DNA of 64,000 bases, from positions 96,001 through 160,000 of IMG/VR virus record IMGVR_UViG_3300021431_000075; one strand, given 5' to 3'. Position 1 is the first letter of the stretch. Each line of letters starts with the position of its first letter. The position numbers were made by a program, and so were the translations under genes. This DNA is from a virus (lineage: Duplodnaviria; Caudoviricetes). Under the pieces are notes generated by a model, which searched no databases, was not told the origin of the DNA, and worked only from the letters and a program-made list of their open reading frames with translations. Below, in pieces: positions 1-10,381 of the stretch.

Positions 1-213
1 GTAGTTATGATAGAGCATGATGTTTCCTTCACAACCAAGATCGACATCTCTCCATTGCGCATCCGCAATCTTGAACTCATTGTTACCTTTTCCAATCTTG
101 ACGTTTCTACAAACAAGATATCTGCCATCATGAACAAACTCGTTAGCCAGTGACCAGCCATTTGTGCTTGAGCGGAAAAACAAACCGCTTCTTTCCAAAG
201 TTTTCTTTCTCAT
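1..213 (-). CDS. hypothetical protein, runs off window edge
   Basis: Open frame MRKKTLERSGLFF... from ATG at 213 to position 1. Confidence 0.6.
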   Translation of the reverse strand, partial: MRKKTLERSGLFFRSSTNGWSLANEFVHDGRYLVCRNVKIGKGNNEFKIADAQWRDVDLGCEGNIMLYHNY

Positions 214-231
214 TTCCTAACTATTTTAAAA

Positions 232-819
232 TTAAAACTCTTCTGCTATACTCTTATCCATCAACAAGTTCCAATACGCAGCCGTGTTGCAAATCTTACC
301 GGCAAAATCCAGCAACGATTTCTCCCGCTCACAATCAATAAGATTATCTGTTCTATTATATGCGGCATCTATCACGACTTTCTTAGCAAACACAGACTCT
401 TCAAGCAAGAACTTCGGATTGTCATCCACGATTGTATCACAAGGAAACAATGACTTGTTATCAGTGAAAATGATATCATCATAAACAAAGCCATACTTAT
501 CAAGCCAGTCGAGAACAATCTTCTTGTTCGACAAATCCGGTTGCCATGTACAAATAACAGTCCTGAAACCGTAAGACTTTAGAAGTTGCATCGCATGAAC
601 AGCACCGTCACACGGCTTGCTTTCCATAAAGACTTCTCTTGCATGCTTCTTGAAGAAGAACTCGTATGGTTTATCAACCTTGTCAAACATAATGTTCACA
701 TCATATTCAACAATGTCTTTCGGCTGATATGAAATACCAGTTTCTTTCTCATAAAGCCGGCACATAACCGGGATGATATCACGAAGAACGCCATCCACAT
801 CTATCTTGATTGTATTCAT
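232..819 (-). CDS. 5'(3')-deoxyribonucleotidase, NT5C/HAD family
   Basis: N-terminal IDVDGVL (DxD) and IVDDNPK motifs; 195 aa. Confidence 0.85.
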   Translation of the reverse strand: MNTIKIDVDGVLRDIIPVMCRLYEKETGISYQPKDIVEYDVNIMFDKVDKPYEFFFKKHAREVFMESKPCDGAVHAMQLLKSYGFRTVICTWQPDLSNKKIVLDWLDKYGFVYDDIIFTDNKSLFPCDTIVDDNPKFLLEESVFAKKVVIDAAYNRTDNLIDCEREKSLLDFAGKICNTAAYWNLLMDKSIAEEF

Positions 820-1256
820 TTGAGTTTGATTTCAATGTTGTGAAAATAATCAATACCGCACACCATCATCAACAACTGAAGTTCATGAACACTCTTGACC
901 GGTCTTATAAAACTGTTTATGAAAAGTTCCGGACTGTCTTCCGGATTGCTTTCTGCACTGCCGCTATATGCGACCTTGTCAACCACGGCAAAAGACTCGA
1001 CTTTTCCGTCTGTATCATATACCGGAACAATCATAAGACCGCTTCTCCTGAATACATAAGTCCCGACTCCGCGGAACTTGACAGGAGAGAAACCCATCAT
1101 TGAAACAATATCAACAGTCAATGGGATTGGTTCAAAAGAATCGTCGTTAGAATTAATCGAATATACAAAAAAATCCGGTTCCAACTTGACAACTTTGGGA
1201 AACCCGAGCCTTTTGCTAATAACTATCGCGTTTGGAAAAAAACTGTCTGCCATCAT
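816..1256 (-). CDS. hypothetical phage protein
   Basis: Coupled to next gene; C-terminal VKSVHELQ motif similar to 26228-26644. Confidence 0.7.
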   Translation of the reverse strand: MMADSFFPNAIVISKRLGFPKVVKLEPDFFVYSINSNDDSFEPIPLTVDIVSMMGFSPVKFRGVGTYVFRRSGLMIVPVYDTDGKVESFAVVDKVAYSGSAESNPEDSPELFINSFIRPVKSVHELQLLMMVCGIDYFHNIEIKLK

Positions 1257-1262
1257 AACTTA

Positions 1263-1433
1263 TTAATAAAAATAATCATCCTCATCATAAGGCTCGAAAC
1301 CTTCATTATAGAAAACCTGCATGCGCTGCCGCTGACGTTCCGTAAAACCCGTATTAACTTTCTTCTCATCAGACTGCTTATTTGCAGCCTGATTCTCAAC
1401 ATCAATCTCTGTATCAAAATCCTTATTTTCCAT
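1263..1433 (-). CDS. small acidic hypothetical protein (56 aa)
   Basis: MENKDFDTEIDV...EPYDEDDYFY read manually; more plausible than the 1253..1456 frame. Confidence 0.6.
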   Translation of the reverse strand: MENKDFDTEIDVENQAANKQSDEKKVNTGFTERQRQRMQVFYNEGFEPYDEDDYFY

Positions 1434-1518
1434 CTGTCTTGAAAATTTTCATTCAATAATTAAAGACGTATGACGCTTTTGAAAAGTATACAACAAAATA
1501 GCCATTTAGTTTAAAACA

Positions 1519-1553
1519 AAAAGAAGCGAAACTGCAAATTTCAGTTCCGCTCC
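1519..1553 (-). terminator. intrinsic terminator
   Basis: Imperfect hairpin followed by a T-run on the minus strand after the lipoprotein gene. Confidence 0.55.
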
Positions 1554-1582
1554 TATATCAACGAACAATAATCCAACTTTAA

Positions 1583-2182
1583 TCATCTTCTTCCAGCCGA
1601 ACCTCTACCGGCACCACGCAATGCACCGGAATGAGACTGAACAGTAGAACGACCAACATTTGGATTTCCGTTAGGTCTTGAAGGCACAGCAACATTAGGT
1701 CTCGCTTGCACAGAACCTGTGCCGAATCTGTTCATTCTTGAAGAAGAAGGTCCCTGCGGTCTCACATCCGGCTTTCCATAACTATTTCTGTTATGATGCT
1801 CAATAGAATTCCTGTGCGTGATTGTATATCCGTTTCCGCGATGCCTGAAAGCCATTCTTGGAGTTCCGTGATGACCGATGAACCTATGTTCAGGTCTGAA
1901 TCCATAATGCGGTCTAAATACGAAACCGCGAGGCTGAACTGTCACGAACGGCTGCAAGCACCACTGTCTTCCAAAGAGATAAGGATAGTAATAAACACCA
2001 AGATAAACATAATGACTCAACAAACCGTCATAATAGACAGGCTCGCCATATGTCACTACCGTTGTATAAGTAACTTCACCAAACTGGTCTGTTTCCTGCG
2101 TAGCCGCATAAGCAACTGTTCCACATCCCGAAAGACTGATAATGCCAAGAACCAGTGCAAAAATCAATAGAATCTTTTTCAT
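1583..2182 (-). CDS. predicted lipoprotein with R/G/S/N-rich disordered tail
   Basis: MKKILLIFALVLGIISLSGC lipobox; start revised to ATG at 2182. Confidence 0.75.
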   Translation of the reverse strand: MKKILLIFALVLGIISLSGCGTVAYAATQETDQFGEVTYTTVVTYGEPVYYDGLLSHYVYLGVYYYPYLFGRQWCLQPFVTVQPRGFVFRPHYGFRPEHRFIGHHGTPRMAFRHRGNGYTITHRNSIEHHNRNSYGKPDVRPQGPSSSRMNRFGTGSVQARPNVAVPSRPNGNPNVGRSTVQSHSGALRGAGRGSAGRR

Positions 2183-2328
2183 AGCAATTATATATGTTTT
2201 ATAATATCTATTGACCGCATATGTCCAAAATGCCATAGGCAAACCATAAAATAAAATAGGAAAAACCATAAACGAATTATAGTTTTTCCTACCACATCAA
2301 AAACAGTAATTAAAATCAAAAGCAATGA

Positions 2329-2512
2329 TTATTTCTTTCGAACACGATAGATTTCAAACCGCCACCATGTGAACTTAAAATAAAAATAAAGATCGTCGAT
2401 AACTTTTCTAAAATCAAACCTCGGCGTCAAACCATGTCCGTCATGTCTGACAAAATAGAAATGTAAGAAACTGTCACTTTTCTTAAAATGATGCTGTCTA
2501 TGAAAAAAACAT
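2329..2512 (-). pseudogene. small ORF with apparent +1 frameshift in a T7 run just after ATG
   Basis: Removing one T gives MFFHRQHHFKK...RVRKK filling the gap. Confidence 0.35.
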
Positions 2513-2517
2513 ATGTT

Positions 2518-3162
2518 TCAATCCTTTATTTTTTCCAAATCTTCACCAGAGAATGCGATTTTATCAACATCATCGCATTCGTCCGATGCTATGAAATACT
2601 CATCAATAACGCTACGGGCATGAATCACCTTACCTGTCTTTCCGATAAGTTCCGGATTCTTCTTGCATCTCACAACACGGACTTCATCATCAACATCAAA
2701 CTGCCGAACAGTTATCGTAACCTTTCCTTTAAACAAATGAGAGTTCCTTCCGGATTCACAAATCTCAACAGAATGCGTCATCCCGCCTGAAAGTTGCTTT
2801 TCATCAAGAATCTCATCAATCATATTCTTAATGTTATCCTTTTGCTTTATTTGAATCAAAGAGAAAGTAATAACAAAATTCTCGCCGTCAATCGTTGAAT
2901 GAACTCCATATGCAATAGACTTCAAAAAACGTTCAACTTTCCACACGCAATACGGAAGCAGCGGCTTCAATTTGCCATTCTCGCCATACTCATCAAGTTC
3001 GCAACATTTCGGACACCTGACTTTTCCATCGACAAACCATCCGTCTTCAGCAGCTTCCATTATCGCAGATTCCTCGTTGACAAAAAACTGTTGAGAACCG
3101 CATCTGTATATTGCACCACACCTATCACACTTGATCTGGTACATAACTTTCGTTTCGATCAT
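2518..3162 (-). CDS. hypothetical protein with CxxC...CxxC zinc ribbon
   Basis: IKCDRCG ... RCPKC. Confidence 0.7.
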   Translation of the reverse strand: MIETKVMYQIKCDRCGAIYRCGSQQFFVNEESAIMEAAEDGWFVDGKVRCPKCCELDEYGENGKLKPLLPYCVWKVERFLKSIAYGVHSTIDGENFVITFSLIQIKQKDNIKNMIDEILDEKQLSGGMTHSVEICESGRNSHLFKGKVTITVRQFDVDDEVRVVRCKKNPELIGKTGKVIHARSVIDEYFIASDECDDVDKIAFSGEDLEKIKD

Positions 3163-3433
3163 CGTCCTGTTCTCTTTTTGTTTTCTTGATTGTTTCTATC
3201 AAATTCTCTATCTGGTTCAGAATAGTCTCCGGCTGAAACCCTTGGCTTTCTATAAGAAGCTTCTCTATTCTTGCAGTAACTTCATACGCGCCTTCCATAT
3301 GCGCAAGCTTAAGTTCGCGGCGCAAGTCTTCCGAATCAACATCCAAGTTTCCGTTTTCAAGTTTACGGACTGCTTTGTATGCTTTGACCATCTTGTTTGA
3401 ATAGTCAGAAGCTGCTTGTTCAATCGTTATCAT
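3125..3433 (-). CDS. hypothetical protein
   Basis: Operon-like packing. Confidence 0.65.
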   Translation of the reverse strand: MITIEQAASDYSNKMVKAYKAVRKLENGNLDVDSEDLRRELKLAHMEGAYEVTARIEKLLIESQGFQPETILNQIENLIETIKKTKREQDDDRNESYVPDQV

Positions 3434-3446
3434 TGTTTTCTTGTTT

Positions 3447-3827
3447 TTATTCTGTTCTGTTTCCGAGTTCTATAATGAAAACTTCCTTATCAGGAGCTCC
3501 CCATTCAGGGTTCCCGATTCCAATACGAATATCCTTTATCTCAAATGTCATGGTCCTGCTTGTGTATCCGTAACTGAACCTCACATGCGTGTATGGATAA
3601 AACTTGAAGTCGCCATTGACACACCGACTGTCACGGAAGCATTCCTCACAAGAACAGTCCGTACCCGGACATATCGTCTCGCTCGGAATGCATTCAGCAA
3701 ACAAATGCCTGTGCCAGCAAAACCTGCGAAGCCAGTACTCCTTGATTTCACGGTACTCTTCAAGCTTGACTCCGCTCTCAATCAAATCGTACCATTTTGC
3801 TTTAAGAACCAGATTTAGAATCTTCAT
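3447..3827 (-). CDS. ASCH/PUA-like protein with Cys-rich insert
   Basis: WYDLIESGVKLEEYRE ... GYT ... GNPEWGAP. Confidence 0.75.
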   Translation of the reverse strand: MKILNLVLKAKWYDLIESGVKLEEYREIKEYWLRRFCWHRHLFAECIPSETICPGTDCSCEECFRDSRCVNGDFKFYPYTHVRFSYGYTSRTMTFEIKDIRIGIGNPEWGAPDKEVFIIELGNRTE

Positions 3828-3830
3828 TTC

Positions 3831-4448
3831 CTATCTTTTTTGACGGTAAAAGCCTCGATATGTAGTTTTCGGGTTCTTGCATAGACTCATATCCTTGCAT
3901 TTGCCGTTCTCGAACAAACAGCAGTCGTAGCAATGAGCCTCTCTTGTCTCCATGTCAATCCACGTAATGTCGGAGCCGTCATCATCTGTATCATCATCTT
4001 CATCATCTTCTTCATCATCTTCATCATCTTCTTTTTCATTACCCGCGATTCTGTTGATTTCATCGTAAATCCAACTTATCGGTTCCGAGAACCCGCTTGT
4101 ATCAATCAAGCAAATCTGACCGTCCGCATCTGTAATCTTCAGTGACCAGACTTCGATACTTCCGTCATCTTCAACAGTCAAAATATCGACAGACAACTTG
4201 TCAAACTCGATTTCTTTCTTATAGAGTTTAAGATTCAGAAGATTCAGAATATACGGACTCATTGTCTTGATGACTATATCCGAATCATCCTTGACAAAAT
4301 CGCCAAGATTATCGTTGAACCATGCGATTTGTTCCCAAGGAGACCTTTCGTTCTCTGGAAAGTCATAGAACCTTGTATTTTCAGAACCGGTAACTTCATA
4401 ATCTCGAAGTACGCTATAGTTCTCTCCAGTCGTATAAATCTTTATCAT
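3831..4448 (-). CDS. hypothetical protein resembling the C-terminal half of an AAA_21/ABC ATPase, with acidic tract and Cys cluster
   Basis: YDFPENERSPWEQ and IVIKTMSPYILN resemble degenerate Walker B/D-loop and H-loop; no Walker A. Confidence 0.5.
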   Translation of the reverse strand: MIKIYTTGENYSVLRDYEVTGSENTRFYDFPENERSPWEQIAWFNDNLGDFVKDDSDIVIKTMSPYILNLLNLKLYKKEIEFDKLSVDILTVEDDGSIEVWSLKITDADGQICLIDTSGFSEPISWIYDEINRIAGNEKEDDEDDEEDDEDDDTDDDGSDITWIDMETREAHCYDCCLFENGKCKDMSLCKNPKTTYRGFYRQKR

Positions 4449-5017
4449 TGCTTTTCTTCTTTAAAAACTGGTTTATTTTCTACTTCTTTGATGACAAAAT
4501 CACATTTCTCACAAACATTCAAACTCGTTAAACTATCATGAATTTTATCTCCCTCAGTATATGTGTTAAAACGCAAGCATTGCTCTCTCAACTTACAATA
4601 GATGTTCTGACATTTTCCGTAAGGAACCTGCTTCACATCCTTTATGAATTCACTTGCTATTCTACGAAACCAGTCAATGTAATAAAAACCATCCCACTTG
4701 TATGCTTCAACAGTTTTTGTTTTCTTGTGACCTTCTTTCACTTTAACCACATATCTGTTAGCAGGGTTATATCTTGCAAGAAGCTGCATAAAATACTTAT
4801 ACGGAGTATCATATATGAGTTCTTCGGGTTTCTTTCCTTCCCAATAGTTAAGATTCCGCTTTGCCATCATATAGACAAATTCACGTTCATTATCAGATAG
4901 TTGCGGATATAGATTAACAACACGCTCATAGACATCCCATCGCAAATGAGAACCACACATGCCACCTTGCAAGTACCAAAGAATCTCGAATTGATTAAGC
5001 GTTATTGTTGCTGACAT
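4445..5017 (-). CDS. hypothetical protein
   Basis: First gene after promoter; Cys-rich C-terminus. Confidence 0.7.
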   Translation of the reverse strand: MSATITLNQFEILWYLQGGMCGSHLRWDVYERVVNLYPQLSDNEREFVYMMAKRNLNYWEGKKPEELIYDTPYKYFMQLLARYNPANRYVVKVKEGHKKTKTVEAYKWDGFYYIDWFRRIASEFIKDVKQVPYGKCQNIYCKLREQCLRFNTYTEGDKIHDSLTSLNVCEKCDFVIKEVENKPVFKEEKQ

Positions 5018-5040
5018 AGAACTGTATTTTTAATAATTTC

Positions 5041-5073
5041 TGCAAATATAGAGTTTTCTCACCAAACTACAAA
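5041..5073 (-). promoter_or_regulatory. Bacteroidota primary-sigma promoter
   Basis: TTTG-19nt-TATATTTGCA. Confidence 0.8.
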
Positions 5074-5102
5074 ACTTCTATAGATAATTTTAGGTTTTAT
5101 TT

Positions 5103-5138
5103 AAAAAAGCAAGCGACAAATCAAAATGCCGCTTGCCT
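5103..5138 (-). terminator. intrinsic terminator
   Basis: GCAAGCG/CGCTTGC stem plus T6. Confidence 0.7.
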
Positions 5139-5141
5139 GAT

Positions 5142-7748
5142 TCAATCATTCAAAGATTTCTCAACAACATCACATAGCACCATAACCAACCTCTTGAATG
5201 CATCACGAGATTTATTAGCACTCTCATTCTGCGCATGCTGCTGATTGCAGTTGTTCCATCCGTCATAGTATGCCTTTCTATATTCTTCGGAATTACCGTC
5301 CAGATTAACATTGTGATGACAATAGTCCGGCTTCTTCATCCTTGCAAGTTCAACAAGTTTCGTGGCACGAACCTTAACATAATTCATCAAATCGTTTTCT
5401 TCAAAAAAACCGTCATTGTGTTTCTGGTTCCAGAACGCAATTACTCTACCGAGTTCCTGAAAGAACTCATCATCAACAGAATCAATCAGATTCTTGTCAA
5501 CTTCATCTTTACAATCATCCATCTTAACAAGCATATTTTTATCAGAATCGAACTTCCATCCGGTCTTTTCCATTACGAACTGCAAATAGTCTATCTGCTT
5601 CTTGTCGGCAGGAACCATGTCTTCCGCCTTATGAGAAATATAATCCGATTCAGAATGCATGATATTCCCATAACTGTCCAGAGAGAAATATGTCTTGCAT
5701 ATTCCGTCCGTTACTTCCTTGAATATTACCGTATATCCATTCTTGTCATACAGAACATCACCCGGCTCCGCATCTGTTATATTCCAGATGTGGAACAAGT
5801 CGTCAATGACCACACATTCTCTCTCAACCACCTCGCCATCTGTGTATTCTATCTCATACATATCATCCTTGACTTTGAGAATCCGGGAAACTTTCAAAAC
5901 CCTACGCAAGTTCGATGCAATCCAGTCGCCTTCCTTGAACTTCTTATGTCTGCACACCATCCCTTGTTGACAATCATAGAAGCAATTGTTTCTTGAAAGT
6001 TCTTCATTGAACTTGGCAATCTCAGAATCATTAGCAAACTCGTATTCGCCGTTGCCAAAACACAATGTACAACCGTCACTCTTGACATACGAGCCGTTCT
6101 CTTCCTTGATGCACAATTCCCCAGTTGACTTAATTTTCAATATGTCTCCTGCCTGCACTTGACGCTTCTTTATTCTTTTGTCCTGCTCATCCCAGACAAA
6201 ACCGGCAATCCACATCTTATGATAGAAAACCTTGCGCTGCTCATCTGTTGCAAGAACATACAACCCATCGTGAGATTCTTCAAGAGTTCCCATATATGAA
6301 TTGTCATCATTGTTCATATATTTTCCATTGCCATTAACACAACCGAGATACTCGACACAGTTACAAACTGTGTCATATGCACGCTTATTTATTCTATAGA
6401 ATATAAACGTCGTGTCTTTCCGTTCAGAACCGGGTTCCGATTTCATAATGACAACGTCTCCATATTGAGCATCTTGAATTTTCCATTCAGCTGCTGCGGT
6501 TTCATCTTGTTTCTTTCCAAAACGAACGCTCTTGAAGTTATCTAACAAGTTCTCATAATAACGAATTTCGGATGAAAAGAAGAAACCGTATCTGTTCATT
6601 TCTTTCAACGAATACATGAGCCTGCTCATATGACAATCGTCATCTTCAGTCCATTCATAACCGTCATTAGCCTTATTGCCAAGTGAACGTAACCAGTTGG
6701 TCAAGTCGCTTATCATGTCTTTAGTCAGACCAAACTTCATCAATTCTTCATCACTGTCACCAAGACGGCAAAAAACAGATTCAATCTGGTTTGATGCATT
6801 TTCTACCGCACGGTTCCACAACTCGTTACTCAATCTCACTTTCAATATCGTGAAATCAAACACAAAACCAGAATCTTTCATCTTCTTCAGCATCAACATC
6901 TGCATATTTCTTGATGCCGGGCATACTTCATCGACAGTCCATAAACTTTCATCAGGTTGTGGAAACAGTTCAACCTTGAACTGATTGTTGTCATCCAGAC
7001 CACAGAAAGCACAGATGCCATTACCGTTCTCAAGTGTGTTACTATATATGAACGGCTCTTGATTCTTGATATTCACAAGAATGTCACCCGGCAGCGCATC
7101 CTTGATATTCCATTTATGGTACAACGAATCAACATCAGAAACATCCATCAGCATCACATCTCCGCTTGTATCCTCCAATGAATACTTTCGGTTTTTAACA
7201 GAATTGACTTTAAAAATCTTTCTTCCGAAAGAAATCCAATCATCCGGAGAAAACTTAAAAGTTTCAATCTCGTATTCGTCTGGCTGTTCTAACGATTCAG
7301 AAGATTCTTCTTCTATTTTAACCAGTTGCTTCGTTTCGGCATTCCATTCATATCCAGCATTATGAATCCATTCAAACAGTTTCTTCTTCTGTTCTGATGT
7401 CGCTGGAACATATCCCTTGGTGTCGTCATGAAATCCTCGCAAATTTAGTTCTTGTTCAAGACCATGTCCTTCAAGACCACAGAAGCAAACAAAAGATGAA
7501 GTTATTTCATCAATTCCATCAAAATGACAGAATATACAAATGCTATTGCTGTCTTCATTGAACAGAATATCTCCATTCACAACATCCAAGAAGGTCCATT
7601 TACGATAATTTTTCTCACAAGCAATGCCAATAAAACCATTATCGCAAACATAACCTTCTGAAGTTACATCCATAATTTTCATAGGAGACCTTTCGGTTAA
7701 ATCCTTCTTGACAACAAAATCTCCAATCTTGAATTTCTTTTTCTTCAT
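5142..7748 (-). CDS. modular repeat protein (4 WxIxDAxxGD...PAT modules)
   Basis: KWTFLDVVNGD, KWNIKDALPGD, EWKIQDAQYGD, IWNITDAEPGD. Confidence 0.8.
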   Translation of the reverse strand: MKKKKFKIGDFVVKKDLTERSPMKIMDVTSEGYVCDNGFIGIACEKNYRKWTFLDVVNGDILFNEDSNSICIFCHFDGIDEITSSFVCFCGLEGHGLEQELNLRGFHDDTKGYVPATSEQKKKLFEWIHNAGYEWNAETKQLVKIEEESSESLEQPDEYEIETFKFSPDDWISFGRKIFKVNSVKNRKYSLEDTSGDVMLMDVSDVDSLYHKWNIKDALPGDILVNIKNQEPFIYSNTLENGNGICAFCGLDDNNQFKVELFPQPDESLWTVDEVCPASRNMQMLMLKKMKDSGFVFDFTILKVRLSNELWNRAVENASNQIESVFCRLGDSDEELMKFGLTKDMISDLTNWLRSLGNKANDGYEWTEDDDCHMSRLMYSLKEMNRYGFFFSSEIRYYENLLDNFKSVRFGKKQDETAAAEWKIQDAQYGDVVIMKSEPGSERKDTTFIFYRINKRAYDTVCNCVEYLGCVNGNGKYMNNDDNSYMGTLEESHDGLYVLATDEQRKVFYHKMWIAGFVWDEQDKRIKKRQVQAGDILKIKSTGELCIKEENGSYVKSDGCTLCFGNGEYEFANDSEIAKFNEELSRNNCFYDCQQGMVCRHKKFKEGDWIASNLRRVLKVSRILKVKDDMYEIEYTDGEVVERECVVIDDLFHIWNITDAEPGDVLYDKNGYTVIFKEVTDGICKTYFSLDSYGNIMHSESDYISHKAEDMVPADKKQIDYLQFVMEKTGWKFDSDKNMLVKMDDCKDEVDKNLIDSVDDEFFQELGRVIAFWNQKHNDGFFEENDLMNYVKVRATKLVELARMKKPDYCHHNVNLDGNSEEYRKAYYDGWNNCNQQHAQNESANKSRDAFKRLVMVLCDVVEKSLND

Positions 7749-9010
7749 TTTTCTTTTCTAATATTAATTAGTGTATCAATCTTTCTTAATGTGTCGTCAA
7801 CCCACTGTTTAACTTCAGCAGTTTCTTTGCCGAAATCATCTTCTCTGATGGTCTTATCAAAATCAAACAATTTGTTCTTTATTGACAACAGAATAGACGA
7901 ATCATCGTTTCTTTCCCACTTCTCTATCTTAAACTTGGCAAAAGTGCTGTTAAAATCGCTTCTTTCTTGTGCATTTGCAGGGATGACTCCATCTGTCGAG
8001 ACTTGCCGTGAATCATCAACAAACATTCCTGTACTTCTATCATAAAAACAATATGTTTCGCATCTATCGACTGTTATAAGTTTCTTGAACTTAAATAAAT
8101 TTCCACTCTTATCTGCAAGAATGTCTCCATCCACGGCATCTGAAATCTGCCATTTCCTGTTGAACTTTAAGAAGATACTTTTCTGAATTATGAAATCCAT
8201 CCCAGTTATCGTACAAACTTTGACTGTATTTGAAGTCATCTTTTTCAGATAGAACGGTTCATTTGTTCTCACATCAAGAAACCAATCTCCTATATGCAAA
8301 ATGCTTTCATCTTCTTGTTCTCCGTACTTGACCAAATCTTTCTTTTTCTCGCTCCATCTAAGATCATTCTTCGTCATAAAATCGTAGAATATGTTTCGTT
8401 CCGTTTTATCGGCCGGATGAAACTCACTGCTCATTTCTGCTGAGCATTCAACATAATAGAAGATATAATAGAAGCTATTGCGTTTTTCATCAATGACAAG
8501 TTCATCTTCTAAACCATGATACAATGTCAACTCATACCCACAAACACAATTCTCATTGTCAAGTTCTTTCAGCATGACAATGTGTGTTTCTTTATCATCA
8601 GGCAATGCATAAGTAACAGACAGCAAATCTCCGGGCTTTGAATCTTTGCTCAATTCCCATAAGCGGCACTGACTTTCCAACTCGCTTTCTTTACATATTC
8701 CAGTCAAACCGTCTTCGACATAATCAACAAGATAGTCTCCATCATCACGAACATCAACAACTTTGAATACGTTTCCGCAATAATGAACAAACCAGTCACC
8801 GACCTTGTAGTTTGGAAGAACTTCGCTTTTTGAAGATTCATCGCCATCTGAATTACAAATCTCGACTATTTCGCCGTTCTTGTACTCAAATCCCTGTTCT
8901 TCAAGCGCGTCATCAATCCAAGTTTTCATTATTTCCGAATCAATGTTGTGGACTCTATAATAATGTTTTATAGCGGACGCGATAAACTTAATATAATCAA
9001 ACTTTGCCAT
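7745..9010 (-). CDS. modular repeat protein (2 modules, N-terminal DF...ALxxQG domain)
   Basis: Start revised to MAKFDY; two GDW/DA-GD/PA units. Confidence 0.75.
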   Translation of the reverse strand: MAKFDYIKFIASAIKHYYRVHNIDSEIMKTWIDDALEEQGFEYKNGEIVEICNSDGDESSKSEVLPNYKVGDWFVHYCGNVFKVVDVRDDGDYLVDYVEDGLTGICKESELESQCRLWELSKDSKPGDLLSVTYALPDDKETHIVMLKELDNENCVCGYELTLYHGLEDELVIDEKRNSFYYIFYYVECSAEMSSEFHPADKTERNIFYDFMTKNDLRWSEKKKDLVKYGEQEDESILHIGDWFLDVRTNEPFYLKKMTSNTVKVCTITGMDFIIQKSIFLKFNRKWQISDAVDGDILADKSGNLFKFKKLITVDRCETYCFYDRSTGMFVDDSRQVSTDGVIPANAQERSDFNSTFAKFKIEKWERNDDSSILLSIKNKLFDFDKTIREDDFGKETAEVKQWVDDTLRKIDTLINIRKEK

Positions 9011-10370
9011 TTTCATCAGAATTATAAATTGTCTTAATCTTCTCAATCGAATCAAACACAATCTTCTGTTTTTCAAACAAATCGTATTTCTTGTGAATTA
9101 TATCACAAAATGCATCTTTCCGTTCAAACGACGCAGGAACCGTATCTACAACATTATGAATGCCGTTGCATTTCAAATCGAGCACCTTCTCATCACTGCT
9201 CAAATAAACGCACGAATGCCACTTGTTTATGTCTATCAATGATTCAAAAAATCCAATAACGCCGGAACCATCAATCAAGACATCTCCGGGCTTTGCATCA
9301 TTGATTGTCCACTTATGAAAATTGCAATCAACATAAGTAACGTATTTCTTATGACTACACTCATCACGTTGAGATTTCAATATATATTTAAACTTTGAAA
9401 TATCCTTTTTAATTACATCTTCAACAAAATAAACATTGCCGTCTGGATCGACAATCCAATCTCCGGGATGAAACTTCTGATCAACCTGTTCTTCTATATT
9501 TTTACTTTCACAATGGCAACCAATTTCTGAATTTGCAAAATCAGACTGTTCGTTGCCATCAATCTTCACAATTTTCTTATTGGCAAAATCAAAAGCATAA
9601 CCGTTTGAACGAAGCTCGTTAAGCAACATCATTTTCTGATTAAAGACAGCCGGAACGACATTTGTCATATAATGCGCCCTACCGCCAAGTGACAGTCCAT
9701 ATTCTTTCATCGGATTGTAATAAACAAAAGAATACCATTTAATGTTGGAAATCTTGTCAAAAATTCCAATATTTCCATGCATGTCCATGAGAACATCCCC
9801 TCTATTTGCATCATAGATTGTCCACCTACGAAACTCCGAATCTACATATTTCACATAATGAGTGAGCTTTGCGCCATTTGTACTTTCCAACACATAATAT
9901 GGCTTCAAATTTGCATTGTCAGTATCACAAACTTCAACAACTATATATGGTTCTTCTTTTCTGAAAATCCAATCTCCGGGTTGAAACTTCAGTGTTTCAG
10001 GTTTATTAGTTTCTTTCACCAAAGAAAAACAATCACAAAAAGAAGTAACATCGATAGACTTGGTATCTCTTATCAGATACGCGTTTCCTGTCAAATGATC
10101 ATCTTCTTCCGACAAGTATTTCTTGCCGACTTCAAACATAAATTCCGGTGTTCCCGTATATAAGACAGACTTTATACAGGTGTACCAGTTACCTGCCTTG
10201 ATTTCACAGTCTTTCTTCTGTTCAACAATCTCGTTGTTGACGATTTCAAAACCCTGCTCATTCAAGGCACCATTCAACCAGTCTCTCAACACCTTCCCGG
10301 CAGGAAACGAGTTCGTTCCCTTAACAAGAGACTTCAAAAGCAAACCAAAGTCAATATTTGGAGTTTTCAT
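8997..10370 (-). CDS. modular repeat protein (2 modules, N-terminal DF...ALxxQG domain)
   Basis: KFQPGDW...RWTIYDANRGD; KFHPGDW...KWTINDAKPGD. Confidence 0.8.
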   Translation of the reverse strand: MKTPNIDFGLLLKSLVKGTNSFPAGKVLRDWLNGALNEQGFEIVNNEIVEQKKDCEIKAGNWYTCIKSVLYTGTPEFMFEVGKKYLSEEDDHLTGNAYLIRDTKSIDVTSFCDCFSLVKETNKPETLKFQPGDWIFRKEEPYIVVEVCDTDNANLKPYYVLESTNGAKLTHYVKYVDSEFRRWTIYDANRGDVLMDMHGNIGIFDKISNIKWYSFVYYNPMKEYGLSLGGRAHYMTNVVPAVFNQKMMLLNELRSNGYAFDFANKKIVKIDGNEQSDFANSEIGCHCESKNIEEQVDQKFHPGDWIVDPDGNVYFVEDVIKKDISKFKYILKSQRDECSHKKYVTYVDCNFHKWTINDAKPGDVLIDGSGVIGFFESLIDINKWHSCVYLSSDEKVLDLKCNGIHNVVDTVPASFERKDAFCDIIHKKYDLFEKQKIVFDSIEKIKTIYNSDENGKV

Positions 10371-10381
10371 AACTGTATTTT

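Noticed and set aside
3978-4038. TCA/TCT microsatellite-like tract
   Set aside because: It encodes the Asp/Glu stretch of the 3831-4448 protein.
5235-5996. Long opposite-strand ORFs (for example 5235..5996, 43697..44275, 56240..56773)
   Set aside because: Antisense shadows of well-supported genes, with no recognisable motifs.
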